Below, piece after piece: positions 46,058-56,732 of a DNA stretch of 64,000 bases (positions within the stretch are counted from its first letter, which is position 1; each line of letters begins with the position of its first letter). The notes beneath the pieces were generated by a model that was given only the letters and a program-made list of their open reading frames with translations, had not been told where the DNA came from and did not search any database. The stretch spans positions 253,510 to 317,509 of the forward strand of contig CBFHOE010000006.1 of NCBI GenBank assembly GCA_965657355.1, written 5' to 3'. The stretch comes from Limisphaerales bacterium (GTDB taxonomy: Bacteria > Verrucomicrobiota > Verrucomicrobiia > Limisphaerales > JAJOIW01). The position numbers and the translations under genes were made by a program.

Positions 46058-48481
46058 CTATTCGCGTCGTTTCTCCTCGGTTTTTGGATAAATTATCACA
46101 GATTCGTACTGATTTTTTAGCCTCCAGCCGGCATTCGTCGGAAAAATTGTCCAATTACCCGATTTTGAATGAATTCTAATCCAAATATCACTCAGCTCAT
46201 TTTTCCATCGCACGAAGTCCTCGTCCTTAAACTGCTCTTCAACAGGAAATTTAGAATCTCCAACTAAAATCCAGCTCGGGCTGTAATGATTTACGAACCA
46301 TTTTTCCAATGGATAATTGGATTTATCCATCGAACATATGATTCCGTCGATTCTCCCTGTAATCGGCATCTCCAGTATCTTAGATTGAGCATGCTTCGAT
46401 AAAGGGGGACAAATCAAAATTCCCTTTTCGCCGTTGGACCAGTGAGCCAGAATGGAATGATCAGAGGCCTTGGAAAAAAATTCCTCGTCTTCCCCCCAGT
46501 CTGGCACGATTAATTTCCAACATTTGCCTAATGGATTATTCTTCAGATTATTAAATTCAACATTAAATTTGATAGAATCTTTAAGAAAATCCCTCCATGC
46601 AGGGCTTCGATAGAATTTCTTTTCTAAACTAATCCATAGGGGGTTGAGGTATCCCCAATCAGCATACGCTTCCATCTGATCTTTGCTGGCATGCCGCAAA
46701 ACTATGACCTCTGGATGTGCTCGAAATGGAATAAATTGTCTTATTTGACTTTGGATAGATTGTCTTCCCACATCGAAAAAGAAATTCTTACCTCTTTTTT
46801 GTTCTATGCTCAAAACATGACTTCCATCTCCAGAGACACTACGGACAATCATTTCCGGGTTTGAATTTAGATTTATAATTTGAGGCAATATCAATCCAAT
46901 TCCAGAGACGACCCAAATAATTTTGTTTTTGTCGCTATGTTTCGTCCATACGAGGAGACTTAACCAAAGCCAAAGGTAAAATATAGCCCAGTAGTAAATA
47001 TTGTTCATATGTGGGTTTACAGTATTCCAGTTTTGCTGAGCAGAGAGCTTGGCTAGGTTAGACATTTGATTAATTAGAAAATACCCGAGCTCAAAAAAGT
47101 TTCTGCTTACCCATTCCCCACACCAAATCGATGTCCATCCCAACAAAATGGAAAGCAAGGCGATACTTGTAATAGGCACCATTATTATATTTAGAATAAT
47201 TCCTGATACGTGAAATTCTCCAAAAGCTAATGACGTGATTGGTAAAGTGCCGGTCCAACATACTAATGAAAGAAATATCAGCCCGGTTATATATTTTGCG
47301 GAGGACTCAGAAATCCTACTCAATTTAGGTTGATATTTCTTTGGTAAAAGAGGATCACAGAAATTGATTTTTTTTGAAATCGATCTTAATTGAGGTGAAA
47401 AATAAATAATCCAAAAAACTGCAGAAAATGAGTAAAGAAAACCTAATTCAAATAATGCCTTAGGAAAGATAAAGAGGTAACACAGAGCTGCCAAATGGAG
47501 CGAGTTTGGCCAATGATTTGGACGGTGTTGTGCATATCCAAGCAATACTATGGATGCCATTATCCCAGCTCGAACAGCTGAAGGTGGTGCTCCGACAAAA
47601 AATATATATGCCCAAATGATTGGAATGGAAGCAATGCTGACACTCCCTCTCTTCGAAAGAAATAGGTTAAGTATTTGAAATGTCACTGCAGTAATTATCC
47701 CAACATGCAAGCCGCTAATGGCAAATAAATGGCTTGTCCCAGATGCCCTGAATGGCGCGATATCCTGGTGGAAATTTTTATTTTTCATTCCAAGGCTTAA
47801 CCCAGCCATTAGCCTTGTTACCTCATCATCAGCATGCATTATGCCTGCTAGCCGAGAGTATAAAACGGATTTTAAATCGTTGACTTTTTTATGAGGTCTC
47901 TGTTTGGAAGTTGAGTCGTTTAATATCTTGAATGATCCATGACTTCCAATAGATAAATGTGGAACTAATGCATGTTTGTTTTTTTTCAATCGAACAACGC
48001 CCGTTGCATAGAAATACCTATTTTCAAAATCCTCCTGATTTATCAGATGTTTTTCATTTATTTTAATTCGTAACGAGCCGGAGGTCGTTTCCCATCTATT
48101 ATTTAGATCGCTTTTAAAATATAGACATTCTGCATTGAAATTTTCCCATTTGATTTTTTCGGACTGCGGGTTGAGATCTTTATCTCCCTTTTTAATTCGC
48201 CCATAAACCTGGGCAATGACGGGGTAATTTGGCAACGAATACCGTAAATTATTTTCAGCGTACACACCACTTTGGACACAGAAAGATAGATAACCTGCCG
48301 TGCAACATCCGGTATTATAGACAATACCTTTGAAGTCATACTTCCGAATGACACAATACACAGCAATACAAAAGCCGCAGACAATAAATATTTTTGGCTC
48401 GAGTAAACTATTTCCTATCAAAATGCCAAAAGCGTACGCGACTATCGTTCCCAAAATCGGACTAAAAAAATTCTCTCTCAC
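46058..48481 (-). CDS. comEC: ComEC/Rec2 competence channel protein
   Basis: SGTSHLFAISGLHVG, PSAVRAGIM and GFLYSF; degenerate C-terminal MBL-like region. Confidence 0.85.
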   Translation of the reverse strand: MRENFFSPILGTIVAYAFGILIGNSLLEPKIFIVCGFCIAVYCVIRKYDFKGIVYNTGCCTAGYLSFCVQSGVYAENNLRYSLPNYPVIAQVYGRIKKGDKDLNPQSEKIKWENFNAECLYFKSDLNNRWETTSGSLRIKINEKHLINQEDFENRYFYATGVVRLKKNKHALVPHLSIGSHGSFKILNDSTSKQRPHKKVNDLKSVLYSRLAGIMHADDEVTRLMAGLSLGMKNKNFHQDIAPFRASGTSHLFAISGLHVGIITAVTFQILNLFLSKRGSVSIASIPIIWAYIFFVGAPPSAVRAGIMASIVLLGYAQHRPNHWPNSLHLAALCYLFIFPKALFELGFLYSFSAVFWIIYFSPQLRSISKKINFCDPLLPKKYQPKLSRISESSAKYITGLIFLSLVCWTGTLPITSLAFGEFHVSGIILNIIMVPITSIALLSILLGWTSIWCGEWVSRNFFELGYFLINQMSNLAKLSAQQNWNTVNPHMNNIYYWAIFYLWLWLSLLVWTKHSDKNKIIWVVSGIGLILPQIINLNSNPEMIVRSVSGDGSHVLSIEQKRGKNFFFDVGRQSIQSQIRQFIPFRAHPEVIVLRHASKDQMEAYADWGYLNPLWISLEKKFYRSPAWRDFLKDSIKFNVEFNNLKNNPLGKCWKLIVPDWGEDEEFFSKASDHSILAHWSNGEKGILICPPLSKHAQSKILEMPITGRIDGIICSMDKSNYPLEKWFVNHYSPSWILVGDSKFPVEEQFKDEDFVRWKNELSDIWIRIHSKSGNWTIFPTNAGWRLKNQYESVIIYPKTEEKRRE

Positions 48482-48783
48482 TCTCTAAACTCACCTTCTC
48501 ACACCCAATCTGGTTTAAGGAATTCGATCTCAATTGATCTTTTACATCTGCAAATCACCAGCAGAATCATTTACTAAACTAGATAGAATTTTTAGTGGAG
48601 CCAATATTTATTTCACTATGGCTCTGATCTTAAAATGCTTATCGTTATAATCTTGGCGTGGGGGAAAGTGCTCGTTTGTTTTAACCTAAATCTATGATTA
48701 AATCCGAAGCCGTATCCAAAAACATTTTGAATTTCGACAACTAAGATCAAATTTTAAAAAATACGATGAGTGGAGGTCAGATA

Positions 48784-49287
48784 CTAAAATTTGTCGGCTT
48801 TAAACTTAAACCAGGCAAAAAGTAAAAGTAGTGACATGGTAGCCCCAAAGGCGTCGAATCCCACATCAGATATGGCACCAACTCTTGATGGAACAAAGGT
48901 TTGGTGGAATTCATCTGATGCAGCATAAAGTACAGTCAAACACCAAGCCTGCCAGGTTTTCAGCACGGGCCACTTTAGTATTTTCGTTCCCGGTTTTAGG
49001 TTCGAAAAGACTATCGCTCTCCAAAAAAGCAGTGCTAATAAACCAAATTCCCCCATATGTGCGCATTTCCGAATTACCCAGCGAAATAGATTAAGAGTTT
49101 CCGTATCTGCATACGGGAAAAAGAATTTGAGAAGGGGAACAAGAATTCGGCTGGTATTATCACCTGAAAGAATCACTGTCGAACCGATAAAAATCAGTGA
49201 CATCATCAATACAGGTGGTAGCCATAAATAAAGCCGTTTAGAAAGCTTCCTGTCACTCCTAGTTACTGCCTCCGAATTCGCGTCCAT
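48784..49287 (-). CDS. VanZ family protein
   Basis: IRKCAHMGEFG and YAASDEFHQTFVPSRVG...DV..D. Confidence 0.9.
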   Translation of the reverse strand: MDANSEAVTRSDRKLSKRLYLWLPPVLMMSLIFIGSTVILSGDNTSRILVPLLKFFFPYADTETLNLFRWVIRKCAHMGEFGLLALLFWRAIVFSNLKPGTKILKWPVLKTWQAWCLTVLYAASDEFHQTFVPSRVGAISDVGFDAFGATMSLLLLFAWFKFKADKF

Positions 49288-49314
49288 GGAATATATCCAT
49301 CTTGTGAATTTTTT

Positions 49315-50823
49315 TTATGTCGTTCCTTTGATGTCCAACTTATCTAAAAGATGACTAATTCTGATTTTTTCAGTATGGGCTTTATCCTCGTCTCTGAATT
49401 CTTCGATTTGCTTGAGCAGTAATTCAAACCCTGGAGAATCTTTCGCGAATTCTTGTTGGATAGTGGAGAGGTTTTGTCCCTTTGCGCATCTCATCGCATT
49501 AATAACATCAAAACATGAAATTTGATCTATCGGTCTTGCTGGAACAACAGCTAATTCTTTTTCCTCACCTACAGTTCTTAATAAATGATGGTGGATAAGG
49601 ATATTAATCGTTTCTTTAATTAACGGACTTGGGATCTTTGTAATGCGGGCAAGTTGCTCATTTGTGGGTGGTTTTTTCCCCTCTGCAAAAAACTTTCCAG
49701 CTAGGGCAATAATTTTAAAAGCTCCTGTCTCTCTTCCGTATTGGTGAATACTCTTTGACTGGATATGATGTAAATAGGATCTGCGATTTTGGAATGTCGC
49801 CGCAACTTGAGCTCCGAATAAAACGATAACCCACGCGATGTAGATCCCAAACATGAATAAAGTTACAGCAACAAAACTCCCATATATCTGACTGTCTCTT
49901 TCTGCTCTGCCACTAATTATCCAGGGAATAATCATTTTATTGAGCTGAATAAGTAGTCCCGCTGTCAGCCCTCCAACCAGAGCCGGAAACCATTTAACTT
50001 TTGCGCTCGGCATTAAGCGATATAGAAATGTGAGGCCAAGAGCTATGAACAATATGATTCCTAATGCCGAAATGTAGGCTCCTCCGGGGAGTTTTTCTAT
50101 ATTTGTCCTCACAGCTAATAAAGTCGTCAAAGCAACCAACAAAACCCCCGAGACCGAAATAACTACCCAATAAGACATTAATCGCGCCGGCCATGCTCTG
50201 CCTTTATTGGTTTCCCATATATCGTTCATCACCGATTCGATGGTTATCAAAGTACTGAAAATCATCCCGATTACGGCAAAAAAACCAAATAAACCGAGTT
50301 TCGTAATCTCAAGGTTTTCTGTAAATTCCATGATCCCATCGACAATCTGTTCCTTCATATTTGCCGTTTGAACTGCGGGCTCGCCACCCTCGCTTCCATC
50401 CGAAGCCTCAATAGGCTCGGTGTTATCCGAATCTACATTTCCGCCGTTACTTGAGCCGGTTTCATCTTTCTGATCATTCTCAACCCTTTGTTCCATTTTT
50501 ACGTCCAAGGTCGGTGAGAAATATTCTATTGCTTGAATGAGGAATGGTTTAAGCCTTGTCTTTAGGCTTATTTCTTCCTGGAAAACAGTTGTCAGTCCGA
50601 TGACTATGGCAAGGGTCGGAACAATGGCTAAGATCGTTGAAAACGTCATAGCCCCAGCCCGAGAGAGGCAGCGATTTTCATCAAAGTTCCTGAAGATGAG
50701 ATAGAAAAAATGCAGGATTTTGTGTTTGCCAGCAAGTCGTATCTCATCTTGCAGAAGCTCCCTTTTATCATCTACCCAAGCTGTTAGGCGTCGCCTGAAA
50801 TTCTGTTTTGGCAAACTCATCAT
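49315..50823 (-). CDS. YihY/BrkB family inner membrane protein with C-terminal wHTH-like domain
   Basis: AGAMTFSTILAIVP, IESVMNDIW, LYRLMP and IYGSF......GIYIAWVIVLFGAQ. Confidence 0.88.
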   Translation of the reverse strand: MMSLPKQNFRRRLTAWVDDKRELLQDEIRLAGKHKILHFFYLIFRNFDENRCLSRAGAMTFSTILAIVPTLAIVIGLTTVFQEEISLKTRLKPFLIQAIEYFSPTLDVKMEQRVENDQKDETGSSNGGNVDSDNTEPIEASDGSEGGEPAVQTANMKEQIVDGIMEFTENLEITKLGLFGFFAVIGMIFSTLITIESVMNDIWETNKGRAWPARLMSYWVVISVSGVLLVALTTLLAVRTNIEKLPGGAYISALGIILFIALGLTFLYRLMPSAKVKWFPALVGGLTAGLLIQLNKMIIPWIISGRAERDSQIYGSFVAVTLFMFGIYIAWVIVLFGAQVAATFQNRRSYLHHIQSKSIHQYGRETGAFKIIALAGKFFAEGKKPPTNEQLARITKIPSPLIKETINILIHHHLLRTVGEEKELAVVPARPIDQISCFDVINAMRCAKGQNLSTIQQEFAKDSPGFELLLKQIEEFRDEDKAHTEKIRISHLLDKLDIKGTT

Positions 50824-50987
50824 TCTATCCCCGTCTCTTCACTTATTAATCCATTTTTCACAGGGTAGAAAGGGAAAAGACACATTTCAATAAGCTGCAC
50901 GTCCATTTGGGCCCATCATTTTGTTATCCATTTTTGATTTCATTGACTGATTGTCCCCACCACGAGTATTTAGTAATCTTTTGGTAT

Positions 50988-51428
50988 ATGAAGATTCTGT
51001 TCCTCAATGGTCCAAATCTAAACATGCTTGGGAAGCGTGAGCCGAGCATATATGGAAATCAGTCACTACAAGATATAGAAAGCCAATTAAAGCAATATGC
51101 TGAACCTCACGAAGTGACCATCGAGTTTCGTCAAACTAATCTCGAAGGAGAGCTGGTTTCATGGATTCAGCAAGCTCAGGATGATTCTGACGCCATTGTG
51201 TTAAATGCGGCTGCCTATACCCACACTAGCATTGCCATCAGAGATGCCATTTCGTCCATTGAGCCACCTGTTATTGAAATTCACCTATCCAATATCCATG
51301 CTAGGGAGGAGTTTCGCCACTCGTCTGTTATTGCCTCGGTTTGCAAGGGTCAAATTTCTGGTTTTGGGCAAAATTCTTATTTTCTCGGTCTCCAAGCAGC
51401 AATGGCCATAGTTGGTTCTCCGTCTTAA
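50988..51428 (+). CDS. aroQ: Type II 3-dehydroquinate dehydratase
   Basis: LNGPNLNMLGKREPSIYG, NAAAYTHTSIAIRDA and EIHLSNIHAREEFRH. Confidence 0.96.
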   Translation: MKILFLNGPNLNMLGKREPSIYGNQSLQDIESQLKQYAEPHEVTIEFRQTNLEGELVSWIQQAQDDSDAIVLNAAAYTHTSIAIRDAISSIEPPVIEIHLSNIHAREEFRHSSVIASVCKGQISGFGQNSYFLGLQAAMAIVGSPS

Positions 51429-51499
51429 TCAGAGAGATTGAACAGAAAAGCCCAAACACCCTCATGCTCGGGCGACACAAGGGTAAATAGATGGATACG

Positions 51500-52285
51500 T
51501 TAAAGTCTCGCGGCCAACCGTCTTCTCTTGTTGTAAAGAAGCCCAAGGTCTTGTTGCCAGAAATACGCAATTCTCGCCCCCCCGGTATTCCATGAGTGGA
51601 TGTAATACATTTTTTCAAACTTAACCCAATAGGCTGCTCCATCGACAAAAACATGGTTGCCTCCTTCTGGTCCTCCGTGCTTGGGGCTCCTGTGCGGAGG
51701 CATATTTTTGTATGCTATAGACCGGCCTCCACCCCATCTTCCGTCAATTTTCATAGTAGTATCAGCAGCCAACGCCCATGTGGATTTTGATGAGCTCATC
51801 CTGACGGGACTTCTCGATTCCACTGTACCTGTCGGGTTGGACCACCTCTTTATCCCTCCAAAATATTGATATCCGATATTCCACTGAGGATACTGCCCTT
51901 CGTAGGTTGGAAAATCAGGTCGATTTGGGCACGTCCATATTCCATTTCTCGCAGCTAACTTGGGATTGTTTCTCGCAGAAATGTGAAGATTGACAGTTCT
52001 TGCAGCACTCTCTTCCGGTGGGTTGATAGCGATTTGAACCCAGGAATTCCCTGAAGTTCGTGCTTCTATAAATAAATCCTCATTATCGTTTGCGTAAAGA
52101 ATACTACCTACAGCAAGCTGCTTGAGGTTGTTGACGCATTTTGTTCTTTTGGCCTTTTCTTTGCCTCGAGCCAGGGCAGGAAGCAACATGGAAGCGAGTA
52201 TTGCAATTATAGCGATAACGACTAACAGCTCTATAAGTGTGAATCCATGCTGTCTATCTCGGTTTTTATGAAAGAAGTTGTGCAT
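51500..52285 (-). CDS. Prepilin-type N-terminal cleavage/methylation protein (PVC H-X9-DG-type)
   Basis: [29 protein letters not shown]....C.NNLKQ, WTCP and GGNHVFVDG. Confidence 0.92.
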   Translation of the reverse strand: MHNFFHKNRDRQHGFTLIELLVVIAIIAILASMLLPALARGKEKAKRTKCVNNLKQLAVGSILYANDNEDLFIEARTSGNSWVQIAINPPEESAARTVNLHISARNNPKLAARNGIWTCPNRPDFPTYEGQYPQWNIGYQYFGGIKRWSNPTGTVESRSPVRMSSSKSTWALAADTTMKIDGRWGGGRSIAYKNMPPHRSPKHGGPEGGNHVFVDGAAYWVKFEKMYYIHSWNTGGARIAYFWQQDLGLLYNKRRRLAARL

Positions 52286-52353
52286 TGATCGGAATAGTGG
52301 ATATGAAAGATTTTACCAGCAAAATTGCGAAGGAGAAGCATTTCTTTTTGCTT

Positions 52354-52995
52354 CTAATTTGAATTCGCAGAGTGTCTGATGTCCACAGCGTCTCGCAAAA
52401 AGACGACGCTCTCACCGATATTTTTGGCATGATCCCCGATTCTTTCTAAACTCCTGGAAACAAAAATAAGATGGATTGCCGGTTCAACTTTGGTTGGATC
52501 TGAACGAATCAATTCTTGGAGGTGATGCTGAATTCTCTTATTTGCAGCATCCACTTTCTTGTCAACCGCTATCATTTTTCTGGCCCTTTCAGTGTCCTGA
52601 AAGACAAAGGACTCTGTCGCCTCCCTCAGCATATCCAATACCATGCTAGCCATTGCTTTCAATTCCGTAGCAGGAAACATGGGTGCATCGTCGAGCAATT
52701 TGCGAGAACGCCTGCTTATTGTCGTCGCCTCATCACCTACTCGCTCCAAATCCATACTAATTTTCATACCTGAAGTAATGAATCGAAGTTCATTTGCGGA
52801 TGGTGCATTTGCAAGCAACTCATGAGCCAGTATATCAATCTCTATTTCAAGTGTATCGATTGTCGAATCTGATTCTTCAACTTGACTGGCAAGGTCCTCG
52901 CGGCGGTTTACAAGCGAACTCACTGCCTTTTTAACGGACATATCGGCATGGCCTGCCATCTGAAGTATAAGCTCTTTAAATTTATTTAATTCCAT
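52354..52995 (-). CDS. phoU: Phosphate signalling protein PhoU
   Basis: ELRFI...MKISMDLERVGDEA and SRSLERIGDHAKNIGE; D(I)RH terminus. Confidence 0.93.
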   Translation of the reverse strand: MELNKFKELILQMAGHADMSVKKAVSSLVNRREDLASQVEESDSTIDTLEIEIDILAHELLANAPSANELRFITSGMKISMDLERVGDEATTISRRSRKLLDDAPMFPATELKAMASMVLDMLREATESFVFQDTERARKMIAVDKKVDAANKRIQHHLQELIRSDPTKVEPAIHLIFVSRSLERIGDHAKNIGESVVFLRDAVDIRHSANSN

Positions 52996-53308
52996 CTTGG
53001 GGGTTGAAAGACTTTCTACATGCTGTAATGGTTAGTTCAATCATGTCATAATCATCGGCTTTGAATACTCTAATCCATCATTCATGCCAGTTCTGAAAAT
53101 AGATTAGCTCTCTACAATCTCATATTCAAAAATACTTCCCAGAAAACATTGGCTTGTAACCTCGTTTTTGCTTCTCGTTCACAAACCCGTAACACAGCGA
53201 AAGACTTTTAGAAATTTTTATAGAAACTCCTTTGCTCTTGCTGCTTAATAATATGGCAGTCAACTACACATTATCGATCTTGGTTGGCTTTCACATATCA
53301 TTTTTAAA

Positions 53309-54703
53309 ATGTCAGAAATATTCCAAACCACATTTCCTAATGGTGCATTTTTAATAGCGCTTACGCTCATTTTTGGATTCTACATGGCCTGGAGCATTGG
53401 AGCTAATGATGTTGCTAATGCGATGGGAACCTCCGTTGGTTCAAAAGCACTGACCATTCGTAATGCCGTCATTATCGCAGCAATTTTTGAACTTGCGGGG
53501 GCCATTTTCGTTGGTGGAAATGTCACTGACACGGTCCGAAAAAAGATTTTCGATCCTTCGGGTTTTGACCCCCAACTATTGGCGTTGGGATTTATTGCGG
53601 CACTTCTAGCTGCTGCTGTCTGGCTTCAAATTGCGACTTTCAAAGGCTGGCCGGTGTCTACGACGCACTCGATTGTTGGCTCCATAGTTGGTGTCGGGAT
53701 TGTCATCGGTGGCGGATTTTCTGTGATTGAGTGGGTTGCCGTATTAAAAATAGTAGCCTCTTGGGTGACTTCACCTTTGTTTGGTGGAATCATTAGTTTT
53801 CTGTTTTATATATTCGTTCAAAATTGCATGATTCGAACTAAGGACCCCGTAAGGTCGGTCAACTTTTGGACCCCATTTCTTTCGTTCTACGTTGGTTTTA
53901 TTCTTTCTTTGGTCACCGTGTTCAAAGGTCTCAAAAATCTGAAATTAAACTTGGGCGAATTAGAGGCTGTAGGGGTCTCAGTGGGTGTCGGATTCATTTT
54001 TGCTGTCGCAGCCTTTTTTTATGTTAGGGCTATGTCTCGAAAAAGAGGCTTTTCGAATGAAGCTGAGGGTGATGGCGAATCCCCCAAGGAAGGGGATCCT
54101 TCACTTTCGATGGAATGGGTCGGGAGCTATGTCGATACTAAGAATGTTCAGAAGATTTTCTCTGGACTTATTATTTTGAGTGCCGCTTTTCTAGCTTTTG
54201 CTCATGGAGCTAATGATGTCGCAAATGCCGTCGGCCCTATTGCCGGTGTCCTAGACATTGTTAAGAACTTTTCATTGCAAGATGTAGTCGATAAAAAACC
54301 GATTGAAATGAAAGCTTCGTTGCCTGTTTTTGTTTTAATTTTGGGAGGTGTTGGAATAGTCGTTGGTTTGGCAACCTGGGGATATAAGGTAATCCAAACA
54401 ATAGGATCAAAAATTACTGAGCTTACGCCATCGAGCGGATTTGCGGCCAATATTGGAGCAGCAACGACCATTGTCGTCGCCTCAAAATTGGCATTGCCAA
54501 TTTCAACGACTCATACCCTCATAGGTGCTGTCCTTGGAGTGGGGATGGCCAAGGGAGCTAAATCACTTAATTTTGGAGTGATTCGCAAGATCGTTCTCTC
54601 GTGGGTAGTCACAATCCCAGCAGGTGCATTTTTCGCAATCGGAATTTTCTATTTGCTAAAATTGATCTTCTACATCGATCCATCCCAGTTAGTTGTCGAG
54701 TAA
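53309..54703 (+). CDS. PiT family inorganic phosphate transporter
   Basis: Two GANDVAN signatures and PVSTTH/PISTTH. Confidence 0.95.
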   Translation: MSEIFQTTFPNGAFLIALTLIFGFYMAWSIGANDVANAMGTSVGSKALTIRNAVIIAAIFELAGAIFVGGNVTDTVRKKIFDPSGFDPQLLALGFIAALLAAAVWLQIATFKGWPVSTTHSIVGSIVGVGIVIGGGFSVIEWVAVLKIVASWVTSPLFGGIISFLFYIFVQNCMIRTKDPVRSVNFWTPFLSFYVGFILSLVTVFKGLKNLKLNLGELEAVGVSVGVGFIFAVAAFFYVRAMSRKRGFSNEAEGDGESPKEGDPSLSMEWVGSYVDTKNVQKIFSGLIILSAAFLAFAHGANDVANAVGPIAGVLDIVKNFSLQDVVDKKPIEMKASLPVFVLILGGVGIVVGLATWGYKVIQTIGSKITELTPSSGFAANIGAATTIVVASKLALPISTTHTLIGAVLGVGMAKGAKSLNFGVIRKIVLSWVVTIPAGAFFAIGIFYLLKLIFYIDPSQLVVE

Positions 54704-54723
54704 TTGACCAGACTCATTGGGTG

Positions 54724-55656
54724 CTATTTGATAATTATAGAATCATTATCGCCAGATTCATCAACCCTGGGAGTTTGTCCCCTAAGAACTGAATTCCCTT
54801 CAAACAGAGTTCTCTGGTCTATTGGTTGCGGATTTAACCAATCTTGTTCATTAAACTGGCCGCTCTGCCCGTACATCGCTATGGCATTAGCATAGCATGT
54901 TTTATGAACATCTTCTTTGGAAATGCCCCGCTCAAGCATCAATCTCCCAGTTTTAGGTACGGCTAGAGGGTCGGACATTCCCCAATCAGCACTTGAATCC
55001 ACAATAATCTTTTCCGATCCAAATTGCCTGACAACCTCCACCATTCTCTCATTCCCCATTTTTGTTTTCGGGTAGAGCGTGAAAGCTGCCCAGAAACCTC
55101 GATCAAGGACTTCTTTTACAGTTTCTTCATTGTTGTGGTCAATCGTCACGCGAGCTGGATCCAACCCATGCTCCATAACCACATCCATGCTCCTATATGT
55201 CCCTTGTTTCTTATCGCGGTGAGGTGTGTGGATCATCACCAGCATATCTAGCTCTTTTGCCAATTCTAATTGAGCTCGAAAATATTTGTCTTCTAATTCT
55301 GTCTGGTCGTCGTAGCCAATTTCACCGACAGCAACGACTCCCTCTTTTTGCAAATAAAGTGGGAGTATGTCCAAAACTGCTTCAGCTAGCTCTTCATTGT
55401 TGGCCTCTTTGCTGTTGAGGCCTATGGTGCAATAATGCCTTATGCCAAATTGAGCTGCTCTAAATCTTTCAAAGCCAACAATGGTTGATAGGTAATCGGT
55501 GTATGAACCAACGTTAGTTCTCGGCTGGCCAAGCCAAAATGCAGGTTCAATTACCGCAACAATACCCGCTTCAACCATTCGTTCGTAATCATCGGTCGTG
55601 CGAGCATTCATGTGAATGTGCGGGTCGATAAACTTGAGATCCGTATCGTTTTTCAT
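54724..55656 (-). CDS. eboB: TatD-like hydrolase EboB
   Basis: DPHIHM.ARTTDDY, EPAFWLGQPRT, GLNSKEANN, HTPHRDKK and DSSADWG.SDPLAVP. Confidence 0.85.
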   Translation of the reverse strand: MKNDTDLKFIDPHIHMNARTTDDYERMVEAGIVAVIEPAFWLGQPRTNVGSYTDYLSTIVGFERFRAAQFGIRHYCTIGLNSKEANNEELAEAVLDILPLYLQKEGVVAVGEIGYDDQTELEDKYFRAQLELAKELDMLVMIHTPHRDKKQGTYRSMDVVMEHGLDPARVTIDHNNEETVKEVLDRGFWAAFTLYPKTKMGNERMVEVVRQFGSEKIIVDSSADWGMSDPLAVPKTGRLMLERGISKEDVHKTCYANAIAMYGQSGQFNEQDWLNPQPIDQRTLFEGNSVLRGQTPRVDESGDNDSIIIK

Positions 55657-55657
55657 T

Positions 55658-56551
55658 TTAATTTAAATTCGATTTCTCCGAGATGCTAGCCCATGTCATT
55701 GAATCGTTATCCTTGTGGGAATTCGCATCCAAATTCAATTTTAAGATTTCTTTTGCCTCTGACGCAGGACAGGTTTTCAGAGCCAGGCGAGCCGACTGAC
55801 TTTCTATTTCTGTTCCACTTTTCAAGACTTTTTCGAGGTCACTAATGCCCGATTCTATCATGTGAGCATACGGCCCTACGGCCCTCCAGAGTTCTGGAGT
55901 GACCACTCTACTGGCTGCCCATCTTTCATGGGCGTAGTGAGAGAGCATTTGAGCCAACTCCTTATTGGCTCTGTGATCAAATCCAATAATTAAGTCCAAC
56001 CGGCTTCCAATGAATATCGCCTTGAGGACCATTTGATTCCATGCGTTTGCATCAAATTGTTCTGACGGGTACGGGTTGTTGTGAGCGACCGATTCAAATA
56101 CAGATTTGATATTGCTTCTTAATCCTTCAGTAGCCCTGAAAGTATATTTTTCCTGATGTGGGTATAACGGGAGCCCCCTGTAATAAGTTAATAGCTCACT
56201 GATGTCAGCTGACCTACAAAGAGTTTCTAATCGCTCCGAAAATTTATCTTCGCTAGTCGAGCCAAGAAGTAGCGCAAGTCTGGCAGCTTGATCTATTGTC
56301 CATCCTTTGGGTGTAAATTTTTCTCGAATGCAGCCCGCTTGCTCAAAATCATCTTCAGATAAGACCAGATCTTTCTTTCCAAGTTTCCGGAATATTTGCC
56401 CCATCGCCATGAACATATGGCGATCCGACCCAACCTGAGACTTGAGTAGATTCTCCCTCTTTTGGACAAACCAATCCCATCCATCAGGATGTGCATTAGA
56501 CTTTACCCAATTCTCGAGTAGCTCGACTATTTTTTCTCTATTTGCTGACAC
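55658..56551 (-). CDS. eboA: EboA domain protein
   Basis: WTIDQAARL, EGLRSN, NPYP...FD..AWNQMVLKAIF and YAHERWAASR.V.PELWR. Confidence 0.85.
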   Translation of the reverse strand: MSANREKIVELLENWVKSNAHPDGWDWFVQKRENLLKSQVGSDRHMFMAMGQIFRKLGKKDLVLSEDDFEQAGCIREKFTPKGWTIDQAARLALLLGSTSEDKFSERLETLCRSADISELLTYYRGLPLYPHQEKYTFRATEGLRSNIKSVFESVAHNNPYPSEQFDANAWNQMVLKAIFIGSRLDLIIGFDHRANKELAQMLSHYAHERWAASRVVTPELWRAVGPYAHMIESGISDLEKVLKSGTEIESQSARLALKTCPASEAKEILKLNLDANSHKDNDSMTWASISEKSNLN

Positions 56552-56732
56552 TATTACGCTTACGCTGATTCGAATAAATAACGAATGGAACTCTAAAATC
56601 TTCCCGACAATTTAAGGTATTTCAACAAAAATTAACTACAATGAATAGGATAGGGGTAAAGAGATATCAATAAAACTGATCTCTGAGGTTAATTTTACAG
56701 GCATTTTCGTAATATTTCGCTAGAATTCTGAG

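Noticed and set aside
48784..49287. Glycopeptide resistance locus (VanZ plus racemase plus ligase)
   Set aside because: VanZ-family genes are widespread, this one is more than 5 kb from the racemase, and no vanHAX/vanRS or Ddl-type ligase is present.
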